Notes under the pieces: generated by a model
Told to the model about the DNA's origin: nothing
Databases searched by the model: none
What the model saw: only the letters and a program-made list of their open reading frames with translations
In this document: one piece after another, positions 11,696-21,801 of the stretch
Layout of the letters: each line of letters begins with the position of its first letter
How positions within the stretch are numbered: position 1 is the stretch's first letter
Origin: Gammaproteobacteria bacterium
GTDB lineage: Bacteria > Pseudomonadota > Gammaproteobacteria > Pseudomonadales > JADFDG01
DNA length: 64,000 nucleotides
Direction: 5' to 3'
Assembly (NCBI GenBank): GCA_018262975.1
Contig: JADFDG010000008.1
Location: 24,986 to 88,985 of the forward strand
Position numbers and translations under genes: made by a program

Positions 11696-14245
11696 ATGGC
11701 ACGCCTTCCCGGACACGGCTTGTCCGCCCTGCTCGCTTCCTTCCTGTTGCTGGCCTCTTGCGGGGGCGGTGGCGGGGGCGGCGGTGGCGGGGCCCCCGAC
11801 GACGAAGTGCCGCGCGCATACGAAGAGCCGCGTGCCACCGCCACCGTGACCTCGCTGCTGAGCATCGAGGCGACCGGCGTAACCGGCGACGTCACCGTCA
11901 CCGATCGCGCAGGCCGCGCGACACTGATCAGTGCCGATGGCGTCACTGCGCTGCGCGACTACAACGCCGGCGACCTGCCGGGACTGGTGGTCAGCGCGCA
12001 GCCCGACGATCTCGAGTGCGTGCTGGAAGAATCGACCAGCTGGGCAATGCCGGACCATGCCGGGGTGCTGGCGCTGACCTGCGCGCCGGCGCTGGTGGAT
12101 GACGGCGTCGGCGTTTATGTCGAACGGCAACTGGTCACGCTGGTGCCCACGCGCCAAGGGCTGGCGGACGCCACGTTGCAGGGCCACATCGACGGCAGCA
12201 CCACCGTCGAACTGCGGCTGATCAAGGGCGTGCTGATGTTCGTCATGCCGGCGCTGACCAACGGACCCCACGACCTGATTTTCAGCCTCGGCGGGCGTGA
12301 TTACAGCCATACGTTCAACACGCAGAATCCCGCCGATATCGAAGACGTCCGCGCTTGGCTCGCTGACTACCAGGCCCGCTTGCTCGCGCACCTGACCGAC
12401 GTCAAGGCCGCGCTGCCGGAATCACGGCACACGGCCTTCGACGCAGCCGTTGGCGACATCGAGGACTCATTCGACGCCCTGTCCGCACAGCCGGATGCCG
12501 AGGCACTGGAGGCCGCACGATGGTTGCAAGCGAACGACCCGCTTGAGGATGCCGCGACATCGCGCATGCGCCCACGCACGGCCGACCCTGGCTTTGCGGT
12601 CTGCACGGTGGCCATGGGCAAGCTCATTGCACGCAAATTTGCCTTCATCGAGGCGATCAAGAGCGCCGGCGTTGCCGGCGTACTCGGTGTTGCCGCGGCC
12701 GGAACCCTGGGCGTCGCGGCAGCGCCTGTTGCGGCCATCCTCGGCGCCGGCGCCTTTCTGGGCTTTGGTGTCACCGATGGCCTGGTGGCCAGCATCGACA
12801 CGGTCATGCAGGTTTGCGTGACGCGGCGCGTAGAGTTCGCCTCAGCGAACCTTGAATCACGCATCGCATCCCGCAGCGCGACCCCTCCTGCCACCACGAC
12901 TGCCAAGCGCATCAATCTGCTGCACGGCGTCACGCGCAGCAGCACAGTTCGCGTGCGCGTCGAGCCGGACCCTGCCGTCATCAGCCTGGTCCGCTCGCTG
13001 CAGCAAATGCTGGCGCCGGTGTCCGGCGCGCTCAGCGACGAGATCACCAACGCGCTGTACACCGCCGACACGGTGCGCTACGAGAACTTCGATGCGGGCA
13101 GCCTGGTGATCAGCGCATTCAGTAGCCCGGGCGTGCCGATCAGCCGGAGCATGTCGCAAGGGGCGTCATCGGTCAGCTTCACCTTCTCGTTCGCCGGCAC
13201 GCCACCGACCGATCCGCAACCGTTCAGCCTGACACTGAGCGGCACGTCCGAAGGCGTGCCGCTATCCGTGCCGGTGCGCGGCGTACTGGTCGGCGGACCG
13301 CCGCTGGCCTACGACACCACCGAGGCCGTCAACGTCGACACGCCGCTCAAGAATGCCTACATGCAGGCCGACCACGCGGAGTCGTTCACGATGCTGGCAC
13401 AGCCGCGCCATGGAACGCTGCTGATCGAGGACAGCGAGACCGGGCGCTACACCTACACGCCCACCGCCGGCTACGAGGGCGAGGACACGTTCACGTTCCA
13501 GGCGAACAACGTCGCTGGCAGTTCGTTGACCGGCACGGTGACGCTGGTGGTGGCACCGTTCTGCCAGCTGACGGATCTTGGCGGCGGCGCCGCGCAGGAG
13601 TACTGCGAATATCCGTCACCGGACGGGGCCGAGGCGTTCGTGGCCACCGCGCGCAGTTACCAGAATGGGATCGCCACCAGCTTGCAGTACCGATTCGAAC
13701 CGGATCCCACCGAGGAAGCCCCGGTGCGGCTGATCACGACCTGGACAGTCCATTACTCGCCCGACGAGTATCCGGACGAGACGACGATGACGACCCACCA
13801 TGAAACAGTGATATACACGACGGCCGGACCGGACACCTCCTACCCGGTAGAAGAATCGGCCGAACTGATCATCGGAGGCGCCTATTTCTACATCAGCACG
13901 AACTACGCGACGTGGCAGGAGTCCAGCCTGCAGGCGTTGACACCAGGCAGCCACCTCGGACAGCCGGGAGCCTACTCACACAGCATCTTCTGGCGCGGAC
14001 TAATAGCGCGGCCCGAAGGTGAGCCGGCAGCCGACAGCGACTCGCCGCGCGTGAGTGTCATGGGTACGTTCCGCCCGGACAGCATCTTGTCCGGCGGGAC
14101 CGAAACGAACCTCTACTCGCAGCCGGCCCCCTTGGCGCTGGCGCCGACCCTCACGCAGGTCAAGGCCATCACGCCGCTCGACTTCAGTCGCGACATCGAC
14201 AAGCCGTTCAGCGAACTCTACGAACTGATGCGGGATTACCACTGA
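11696..14245 (+). CDS. Large orphan lipoprotein (849 aa): poly-Gly linker, central Gly/Ala hydrophobic segment, one cadherin/Ig-like domain
   Basis: Lipobox LLLAS-C followed by G10. ATG at 11696, with GGAG 10 nt upstream. The YTYTPTAGYEGEDTFTFQANN...GTVTLVV motif is typical of bacterial Ig/cadherin-like repeats. The rest matches no family I recognise. Confidence 0.75.
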   Translation: MARLPGHGLSALLASFLLLASCGGGGGGGGGGAPDDEVPRAYEEPRATATVTSLLSIEATGVTGDVTVTDRAGRATLISADGVTALRDYNAGDLPGLVVSAQPDDLECVLEESTSWAMPDHAGVLALTCAPALVDDGVGVYVERQLVTLVPTRQGLADATLQGHIDGSTTVELRLIKGVLMFVMPALTNGPHDLIFSLGGRDYSHTFNTQNPADIEDVRAWLADYQARLLAHLTDVKAALPESRHTAFDAAVGDIEDSFDALSAQPDAEALEAARWLQANDPLEDAATSRMRPRTADPGFAVCTVAMGKLIARKFAFIEAIKSAGVAGVLGVAAAGTLGVAAAPVAAILGAGAFLGFGVTDGLVASIDTVMQVCVTRRVEFASANLESRIASRSATPPATTTAKRINLLHGVTRSSTVRVRVEPDPAVISLVRSLQQMLAPVSGALSDEITNALYTADTVRYENFDAGSLVISAFSSPGVPISRSMSQGASSVSFTFSFAGTPPTDPQPFSLTLSGTSEGVPLSVPVRGVLVGGPPLAYDTTEAVNVDTPLKNAYMQADHAESFTMLAQPRHGTLLIEDSETGRYTYTPTAGYEGEDTFTFQANNVAGSSLTGTVTLVVAPFCQLTDLGGGAAQEYCEYPSPDGAEAFVATARSYQNGIATSLQYRFEPDPTEEAPVRLITTWTVHYSPDEYPDETTMTTHHETVIYTTAGPDTSYPVEESAELIIGGAYFYISTNYATWQESSLQALTPGSHLGQPGAYSHSIFWRGLIARPEGEPAADSDSPRVSVMGTFRPDSILSGGTETNLYSQPAPLALAPTLTQVKAITPLDFSRDIDKPFSELYELMRDYH

Positions 14246-14252
14246 TTCGCAG

Positions 14253-14282
14253 GTAGAGTCGGGGGCATGGCCCCCTCTCTAC
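14253..14282 (-). repeat. REP unit extended to a near-perfect 30-nt palindrome (GTAGAGTCGGGGGCATGGCCCCCTCTCTAC)
   Basis: Lies between the convergent lipoprotein gene (stop 14245) and nrdR (stop 14293). Confidence 0.85.
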
Positions 14283-14292
14283 ATGGGGCGGG

Positions 14293-14748
14293 TCAAGTGC
14301 CCTTTTCGAGGCGCTCGACTTCCTGGCGGAATTCGTTGATGTCCTTGAAGTTGCGGTATACCGAGGCGAAGCGCACGTAGGCAACTTCGTCCAGCTTGCG
14401 CAACTCGGCCATCACCGCCTCGCCGACTACCGATGACGCCACTTCGCGCTCGCCGGTGGCGCGCAGCCGCGCACCGATGTGGCTGATGGCCGCCTCGACC
14501 TGCTCCACGCTGACCGGCCGCTTCTGGATGGCCAGCTGGATGGACGCGCGCAGCTTTTCCTCGTCGAAGGGCACGCGCGTGCCGTCGCGCTTGACGATGC
14601 GCGGCATCACCAGCTCGGCGGTCTCGTAGGTGGTGAAGCGCTCGTTGCACGCCTGGCATTCGCGACGCCGGCGCACCTGCGCCCCGTCGGCGACGAGGCG
14701 CGAGTCGATGACCTTGGTGTCGTCGGCGTTGCAGAACGGGCAGTGCAT
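14293..14748 (-). CDS. nrdR: Transcriptional repressor NrdR
   Basis: [17 protein letters not shown]...[10 protein letters not shown] zinc ribbon plus ATP-cone. Confidence 0.95.
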   Translation of the reverse strand: MHCPFCNADDTKVIDSRLVADGAQVRRRRECQACNERFTTYETAELVMPRIVKRDGTRVPFDEEKLRASIQLAIQKRPVSVEQVEAAISHIGARLRATGEREVASSVVGEAVMAELRKLDEVAYVRFASVYRNFKDINEFRQEVERLEKGT

Positions 14749-14754
14749 CGCCGG

Positions 14755-16011
14755 TTACGCGCCGTAAACCGGGAAGCGCTTGCAGATCGCCTCGACCTTG
14801 CCACGCACCGCCGCGATCGTGTTCTCGTCGTTGATGTTGTCGAGCACGTCGCAGATCCAGCCGGCCAGCTCCTTCGCCTCGGCTTCCTTGAAGCCGCGGG
14901 TGGTGATGGCCGGGGTGCCAATGCGGATGCCGGAAGTCACGAACGGCGAGCGCGGGTCGTTCGGCACCGCGTTCTTGTTGACGGTGATGTGCGCCTTGCC
15001 GAGCGCGGCATCCGCGTCCTTGCCGGTGATGTCCTTGCTGACCAGGTCGAGCAGGAACAGGTGGTTGTCGGTGCCGCCGGACACGATGTTGAAGCCGCGC
15101 GACTGGAACACGCCGCACATGGCGCGCGCATTGGCGACCACCTGCTTCTGGTAGTCCTTGAACGCCGGCTCCATCGCTTCCTTGAAGCACACGGCCTTGG
15201 CGGCGATCACGTGCATCAGCGGGCCGCCCTGGCCGCCCGGGAACACCGCACTGTTCAGCTTCTTCTCGATCTCCTCGTTTTTCTTGGCGAGGATCAGGCC
15301 GGAACGCGGGCCACGCAGCGTCTTGTGCGTGGTCGTGGTGGTGACGTCGGCGATCTGGCAGGGGTTCGGGTAGACGCCGGCGGCGACCAGGCCCGCCACG
15401 TGCGCCATGTCGACCATCAGGTAGGCGCCGACGGAATCGGCGATCTCGCGGAACTTCTGCCAGTCGACCACGCGCGAATAGGCGGAGAAGCCGGCGATCA
15501 CCATCTTCGGCTTGTGCTCCTGCGCCAGGCGCATCGCCTCGTCGTAGTCGATCTCGCCGGTGGCCGGGTTCAGGCCGTACTGCACCGAGTTGTAGATCTT
15601 GCCGGAGAAGTTGACCTTGGCGCCGTGGGTCAGGTGGCCGCCGTGGGCCAGCGACATGCCGAGCACGGTGTCACCCGGATTCAGCAGCGCCATGAACACG
15701 GCGATGTTGGCCTGCGAGCCCGCGTGCGGCTGCACGTTGGCGTAGTCGGCGCCGAACAGCGCCTTGGCGCGGTCGATGGCCAGTTGCTCGACCACGTCCA
15801 CGTACTCGCAGCCGCCGTAGTAGCGCTTCTGCGGGTAACCCTCGGCGTACTTGTTGGTCAGCACCGAACCCTGGGCCTCGAGCACGCGCGGCGAGGTGTA
15901 GTTTTCCGAGGCGATCAGCTCGATGTGCGCTTCCTGGCGCTGCTTCTCGCCCTGCATGGCGTTGAACAGGTCGGCATCGTAGGAAGCGATCGTCATGTCT
16001 TTGCTGAACAT
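14755..16011 (-). CDS. glyA: Serine hydroxymethyltransferase
   Basis: 418 aa. [19 protein letters not shown] and the PLP-lysine region [14 protein letters not shown]. Confidence 0.97.
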   Translation of the reverse strand: MFSKDMTIASYDADLFNAMQGEKQRQEAHIELIASENYTSPRVLEAQGSVLTNKYAEGYPQKRYYGGCEYVDVVEQLAIDRAKALFGADYANVQPHAGSQANIAVFMALLNPGDTVLGMSLAHGGHLTHGAKVNFSGKIYNSVQYGLNPATGEIDYDEAMRLAQEHKPKMVIAGFSAYSRVVDWQKFREIADSVGAYLMVDMAHVAGLVAAGVYPNPCQIADVTTTTTHKTLRGPRSGLILAKKNEEIEKKLNSAVFPGGQGGPLMHVIAAKAVCFKEAMEPAFKDYQKQVVANARAMCGVFQSRGFNIVSGGTDNHLFLLDLVSKDITGKDADAALGKAHITVNKNAVPNDPRSPFVTSGIRIGTPAITTRGFKEAEAKELAGWICDVLDNINDENTIAAVRGKVEAICKRFPVYGA

Positions 16012-16068
16012 CGGGGGGACCTCGGCTGGCTCCGGCGGGCGGGCATGGGGTGGGCGGGGACGGCGCGC

Positions 16069-16074
16069 ATTCTA
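16069..16074 (-). promoter_or_regulatory. Candidate -10 box TAGAAT plus GC-rich discriminator (TAGAATGCGCGCC) for glyA
   Basis: About 58 nt upstream of the glyA ATG on the minus strand. The same 10-mer is seen at three other loci. Confidence 0.45.
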
Positions 16075-16097
16075 CCCCACGCGGCCCTTTCCCACAT

Positions 16098-16168
16098 GTA
16101 GCTAGGGGGCCATGCCCCCGATGGTGGCGTCGCGGGGCGAACCGTCGGGGGCATGGCCCCCTCCCTAC
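16098..16168. repeat. REP inverted doublet (16098-16121 plus-oriented, 16145-16168 minus-oriented), with a further degenerate copy near 16186-16212
   Basis: GTAGCTAGGGGGCCATGCCCCCGA ... TCGGGGGCATGGCCCCCTCCCTAC. Lies in the glyA-ettA divergent intergenic region. Confidence 0.85.
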
Positions 16169-16213
16169 AGGGAGCGGGTCCGGGCGCGGGGGCATAGGGG
16201 CCCCGCGACAGGG

Positions 16214-16219
16214 TAGAAT
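16214..16219 (+). promoter_or_regulatory. Candidate -10 box TAGAAT plus GC-rich discriminator (TAGAATGCGCCCC) for ettA
   Basis: 39 nt upstream of the ettA ATG. Confidence 0.45.
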
Positions 16220-16257
16220 GCGCCCCCTCACCCCCTCCCCGTCATACCGGTACCCCG

Positions 16258-17922
<1,665 letters not shown>

Positions 17923-17947
17923 ACGGGCGCCGGGGCGGGATCGGGAG

Positions 17948-18050
17948 TCGGGGGCATGGCCCCCTCTCTACGAGGAGCCCTGTAGCGAGGGGGCCATGCC
18001 CCCGATATATTGGGCACCAAGCAGCATCGGGGGCGTGGCCCCCTCTCTAC
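17948..18050. repeat. REP triplet (17948-17971 minus, 17982-18005 plus, 18027-18050 minus)
   Basis: Three units in alternating orientation between the ettA stop and the PilZ start. Confidence 0.88.
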
Positions 18051-18069
18051 ACGAGACACGGGGTTGCCG

Positions 18070-18429
18070 ATGAGCGACAACGACAAGCGCCGTTTCACCC
18101 GCATCCCCTTCGATGCCGAGGCCGTGTTGCACTACAACACGAAGGCCTGGCCCACCGACCTCGTCGACGTGTCGCTCAAGGGCGTGCTGGTCGTGGCACC
18201 CGAAGGATTTGCAGCCCGGACCGGCGAGCCGGTCGGCGTCGACCTGGTGCTGAACGAAGAGATCACCATCTCCACGTCCTGCACGCTGGTGCACCGCTCG
18301 CCGGATCGCCTCGGGCTGCGCATCGACCGCATCGACATGGAGTCGATCATGCACCTGCGCCGGTTGCTTGAACTCAACCTCGGCGACCCGGAACTGCTGG
18401 AACGCGAACTGAGCGGCTTGAGCGACTGA
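18070..18429 (+). CDS. Stand-alone PilZ-domain c-di-GMP receptor
   Basis: 119 aa. RxxxR motif (RRFTR) and DxSxxG motif (DVSLKG). From memory, the C-terminal HLRRLLELNLGDPELLERE resembles PA4608/MapZ-type single-domain PilZ proteins. ATG at 18070. Confidence 0.85.
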   Translation: MSDNDKRRFTRIPFDAEAVLHYNTKAWPTDLVDVSLKGVLVVAPEGFAARTGEPVGVDLVLNEEITISTSCTLVHRSPDRLGLRIDRIDMESIMHLRRLLELNLGDPELLERELSGLSD

Positions 18430-18441
18430 CGCTGCGCTCGC

Positions 18442-20499
18442 TCAGCGAGAGACGGCACGCTCCAGCGCCTGGTAGTAGTCCGCGTATTTCTTCCTGAACC
18501 GCCCCGTACTGTTTTCCGCGGCGCACTTGTACAACGCACGCGTCTCGGGCAGGCCTTCCCAGTCCGGCCGGCACTGCACCCGGTGCGCGGCCAGGTCGGC
18601 CTCGCGGCAAACGCCCTGCGCAATCGGCTGCTCGCCGCCGGGTTGCGACACGGTAAACCAGTGGCATTCGAAGTACTCCATCTTCTTGTCCGCGAGCGCA
18701 TCGTAGTCGGCCGGCGGCGCCGCGGCGGCTGGTAACGCCGCTGCCTGCGACGAGTCCGGCAGCGACGAAGGAGCGGAGCGCGCGACGTCCGGCTGCGGCC
18801 GGGGCTGTCGCAGCTCCTCCATCATCCGGCTTTCCTGCTGCATCGCCTTCTGCATCGTGACCAGCGTTTCCGCACCGGGCATTCCGGCAGCTGCCGCGGC
18901 CGAATAGTCGCCGCGCATGGCCGCCATGCCGGCGGCAAGCGCCGCGGCATTACGCTGCTCCTTCCTCTCTTCTTCTGCTTCCTCACGGGCCCGCCGGGCA
19001 TGCTCTTCGGCAACACGGCGCTGCTGTTCCGCCTTCTGCCGCGCCTGCTCGGCCAGGTCCTTCCTGAGCTTTTCATTCTCCAGGCGCTGCTTGTGCAGGC
19101 TGTCGATGCGCTGGCCCTCGTGGTAGCGGCACTCTTCCGGCGCGCCCTGCACCCAGCAGATGCCGGTGCCATGCGGCGTGCCATTGCCGGTGAAGCTGCC
19201 TTCGTAAACCGGACGCCCGTTTTCGAACAACTTCCCGGATGCGTAACTGCCGTCCGGGTTGAAACGGCCGTCAAACACCGGCTGGCCATCCGCCCCGCCG
19301 AGCTTGCCGGCGGCAAAACCGCCGTCACGGAATTCGCCGGTGAACGTCTCGCCGGTCCACCAGCGCACCGCACTGCCAACACCATGCGCCTTGCCGCCCG
19401 CGCAGGCGGTGCCGGTGTAGGCCCAGCCATCCAGGTTCATCCGGCAGCGCTGCGCGGCCACCCGTGCATTCCAGTCGGCGCGTTTCTTCTCAAGTGCAGC
19501 CAGCTGGCGATCCGCGGATGCACGGTTGGGCGACAGCGGATCGGCCTTCGCCAGCACCTGCTTGCAGGCTTCTTCGTCCCAGTTGCGGCAGGCGGCGGCA
19601 GGGCCGCGGATTTCCTGTGCGTAGCGCTCGGCCTCCAGCAGCAAAGGCAATGTCGGGCCGAGCCGCTCGTCCGTCGCGTACTGCATGCGATAGGTATGCC
19701 CGGGCTTGCGCCACACGCGGTAGTAGCCATGCTGGTGCGCCGCCATGTAACCGGCTCGGGACAAGTCATCCAACGAAGCGCCCGCCTCCAGCAGCAGCCG
19801 CACGACTTGGGCGGCGGCTGCGACGTCCTGCCTGCGCCGCCGGCTATCGGGCGGCGCCCAGTCGTCCAGCGAGACGGTGACGCCCGCGCCGAACCCGTCG
19901 CGCTCCGCGATGTCCTCGACACCACCTTTCGGCCGGCGCCCGGCGATCGGGCGCACCGTCCACTCCCAGGCAATCAGGGCCGCGCCAAACGCCGTGTGCA
20001 AGGCCCCGCTGCGCTCGCCGACATCGACGCCGTCGGCCAGGTGGGCGGCCACGGAGGCCGCATTGAAGTTGCCCGCCGCGACGGCCAGCGAGGTGGACCG
20101 CTGGTCGTAATCATAACCCCACTTCTCGTCATACCCCTGCCGCATGGGCTGGGGAACGCCAAGCCGCCCGCTGGATGCCCCCAGCGCCTTCCAGTAGCGA
20201 TAGGCCTCCTCTGTCGGCGCGCAAGCGAGCAGCGGGTACCACGAAACGGCCTGCGGCGTTTGCGCCTTGACGATGCGCGTGACAACGTCACGCCGGTCGG
20301 CCTCGACCCACTCGCACAGCATGCGTCTTGCATCCTGCGACACGCCGCCGTACTTGTTCGCGGAGAACTCCCCCTTTTCGAGCAACTTCAGGATGTCGGC
20401 ATCGCTCATGGCGCGGGTCTTTTCCACGCTGACGGCGTGAGCTGGCAGCGACAACAGGGCGACGACACCCGACAACATGAGCAACAGCGCGGCACGCAT
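18442..20499 (-). CDS. Secreted multi-module orphan protein (signal peptide, ankyrin-like segment, MORN-like repeats, charged coiled coil, Cys-containing C-terminal domain)
   Basis: Start at MRAALLLMLSGVVALLSLPAHA (20499). MORN-like GEFRDGGFAAGKL / GSFTGNGTPHGTG repeats. The stretch EKLRKDLAEQARQKAEQQRRVAEEHARRAREEAEEERKEQR is a predicted coiled coil. Confidence 0.7.
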   Translation of the reverse strand: MRAALLLMLSGVVALLSLPAHAVSVEKTRAMSDADILKLLEKGEFSANKYGGVSQDARRMLCEWVEADRRDVVTRIVKAQTPQAVSWYPLLACAPTEEAYRYWKALGASSGRLGVPQPMRQGYDEKWGYDYDQRSTSLAVAAGNFNAASVAAHLADGVDVGERSGALHTAFGAALIAWEWTVRPIAGRRPKGGVEDIAERDGFGAGVTVSLDDWAPPDSRRRRQDVAAAAQVVRLLLEAGASLDDLSRAGYMAAHQHGYYRVWRKPGHTYRMQYATDERLGPTLPLLLEAERYAQEIRGPAAACRNWDEEACKQVLAKADPLSPNRASADRQLAALEKKRADWNARVAAQRCRMNLDGWAYTGTACAGGKAHGVGSAVRWWTGETFTGEFRDGGFAAGKLGGADGQPVFDGRFNPDGSYASGKLFENGRPVYEGSFTGNGTPHGTGICWVQGAPEECRYHEGQRIDSLHKQRLENEKLRKDLAEQARQKAEQQRRVAEEHARRAREEAEEERKEQRNAAALAAGMAAMRGDYSAAAAAGMPGAETLVTMQKAMQQESRMMEELRQPRPQPDVARSAPSSLPDSSQAAALPAAAAPPADYDALADKKMEYFECHWFTVSQPGGEQPIAQGVCREADLAAHRVQCRPDWEGLPETRALYKCAAENSTGRFRKKYADYYQALERAVSR

Positions 20500-20564
20500 G
20501 CGTTTCTCCCCGGCAAACGGCTTCCAGTGATACGGATGACAGCACGCGATGTTGCCAGATCCGC

Positions 20565-20592
20565 AACAAAAAGGGGCGCCCTCCGGCGCCCC
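20565..20592 (-). terminator. Rho-independent terminator after the 354-aa secreted-orphan gene
   Basis: The minus strand reads GGGGCGCC-GGAG-GGCGCCCC followed by TTTTTGTTG. 8-bp GC stem. Confidence 0.8.
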
Positions 20593-20615
20593 TCCGTGTC
20601 GACGGAGCAGAACCG

Positions 20616-21680
20616 TCAATCGTTGAGATAACCCTTGATCACGTGCGTGTACACGCCGTTCATGATCTGGCCACCCTGCACCACGCCGGCCTTGAACTTC
20701 TCCGGGTCCGCGACCAGCACGTTGTAGGACTTCTTGCTGGTCATGGCGCTGGTGGCGCCGAACAGGTTGGCCAGCGGGATGACGATGCCGCTGTTGTCGG
20801 TTTCCTTCTGCTGGCGCAGTTCGCCCACGTCGTTGCTCACCGGCTTCATGTCGCGCGCCGTGATGCCGCCCATGTCACCGGCCAGGCGCATCTTGGCGTG
20901 GTAGATATGCAGGCGGGTCAGGCCACCCTCGAAGCCGAGCGCCGGCTTGGCGCCCACCTCGGCGGTGTCCTTGAACATCTTGTTGTTGCCGCTCGAGGAC
21001 ATCTCGGCGAAGTTCACCATGAAATGCGGCACCACCACCACGGCCTTGCCCTTCGCGGACAGTTCGTTCATCGCCCGCCAGTTGCCCAGCGACGCCGGGC
21101 CCTGGTCGCCCAGGCCGAGGTTCTCGTGGGTGAAGAACAGCTTGCCATCCGAAGGCGCCATCACGATGTAGTCGGAGCCGTTGTAGCCCTCGTGGTACAC
21201 GCCGTCCTTCTTCGGTTCGGCGAAATCGATCTCGTCGTAGGCCTTGTTGCCCGGCAGCTCCTTCCAGGTGACAACCGGCTTGCCGGTGGTCTTCAACTGC
21301 TCGACGAAATCACTGCACACCGCGTCGGTGGCGGCCTGCATGTCCTGGTTGGAGAAGTTGGCCAGCACCACCGACATGCTCACGCGCGCATCGGACTTGC
21401 AGCTGCTGTAGGAACCCGAGCTGCAGCCGAGGTTGGCCAGGCGGCTGTCGGTCGATGCAGTCGCGCTGTTCTCCAGGCGGAACGCCACCCGGCAGGTGGG
21501 CACGATGAACGAGTCGCCCTTGCGCACGATCTTGGCGTTCTGCGCCTCGATCTGCTTCTCCGGCTTCTCGATCAGGGCGTTGGGCGGAACCGTTTCTTCC
21601 GGGTCCTTGCCGGCGTGGGCCAGCGGGGCAGCGATGGCGAGCGCCAGCGCGAAGGCGGACAAGCGATGCAGTTTGTTCAC
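20616..21680 (-). CDS. Secreted orphan protein, no family recognised
   Basis: 354 aa. Signal peptide MNKLHRLSAFALALAIAAPLAHA. Native codon usage. Followed by a strong intrinsic terminator. Confidence 0.7.
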   Translation of the reverse strand: MNKLHRLSAFALALAIAAPLAHAGKDPEETVPPNALIEKPEKQIEAQNAKIVRKGDSFIVPTCRVAFRLENSATASTDSRLANLGCSSGSYSSCKSDARVSMSVVLANFSNQDMQAATDAVCSDFVEQLKTTGKPVVTWKELPGNKAYDEIDFAEPKKDGVYHEGYNGSDYIVMAPSDGKLFFTHENLGLGDQGPASLGNWRAMNELSAKGKAVVVVPHFMVNFAEMSSSGNNKMFKDTAEVGAKPALGFEGGLTRLHIYHAKMRLAGDMGGITARDMKPVSNDVGELRQQKETDNSGIVIPLANLFGATSAMTSKKSYNVLVADPEKFKAGVVQGGQIMNGVYTHVIKGYLND

Positions 21681-21801
21681 GGGGGACTCCTGTGTGCCGT
21701 GGGCCGGGGAACCGCGACGGCGGCAGGACCTGCCATCCGTGGCGCGTCACGGGAGTCTACGCAGACCGGAAGGCCAACGCCCCCCCTGATCACGGGGCCC
21801 T

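Noticed and set aside
11759-11795. G-rich DNA encoding the Gly10 linker of the lipoprotein, considered as a slipped-strand phase-variation tract.
   Set aside because: The codons are mixed (GGG GGC GGT GGC GGG GGC GGC GGT GGC GGG), not a homopolymer or a perfect short tandem repeat. The longest G run is 5 nt.
17948-18050. Clustered repeats (also at 38483-38570 and 21802-21897), considered as a possible mini CRISPR array.
   Set aside because: The units are mostly in alternating or inverted orientation, with irregular 2-23 bp spacers. The same unit is scattered singly across the window. No cas genes or leader are present. The pattern fits REP/BIME-type elements.
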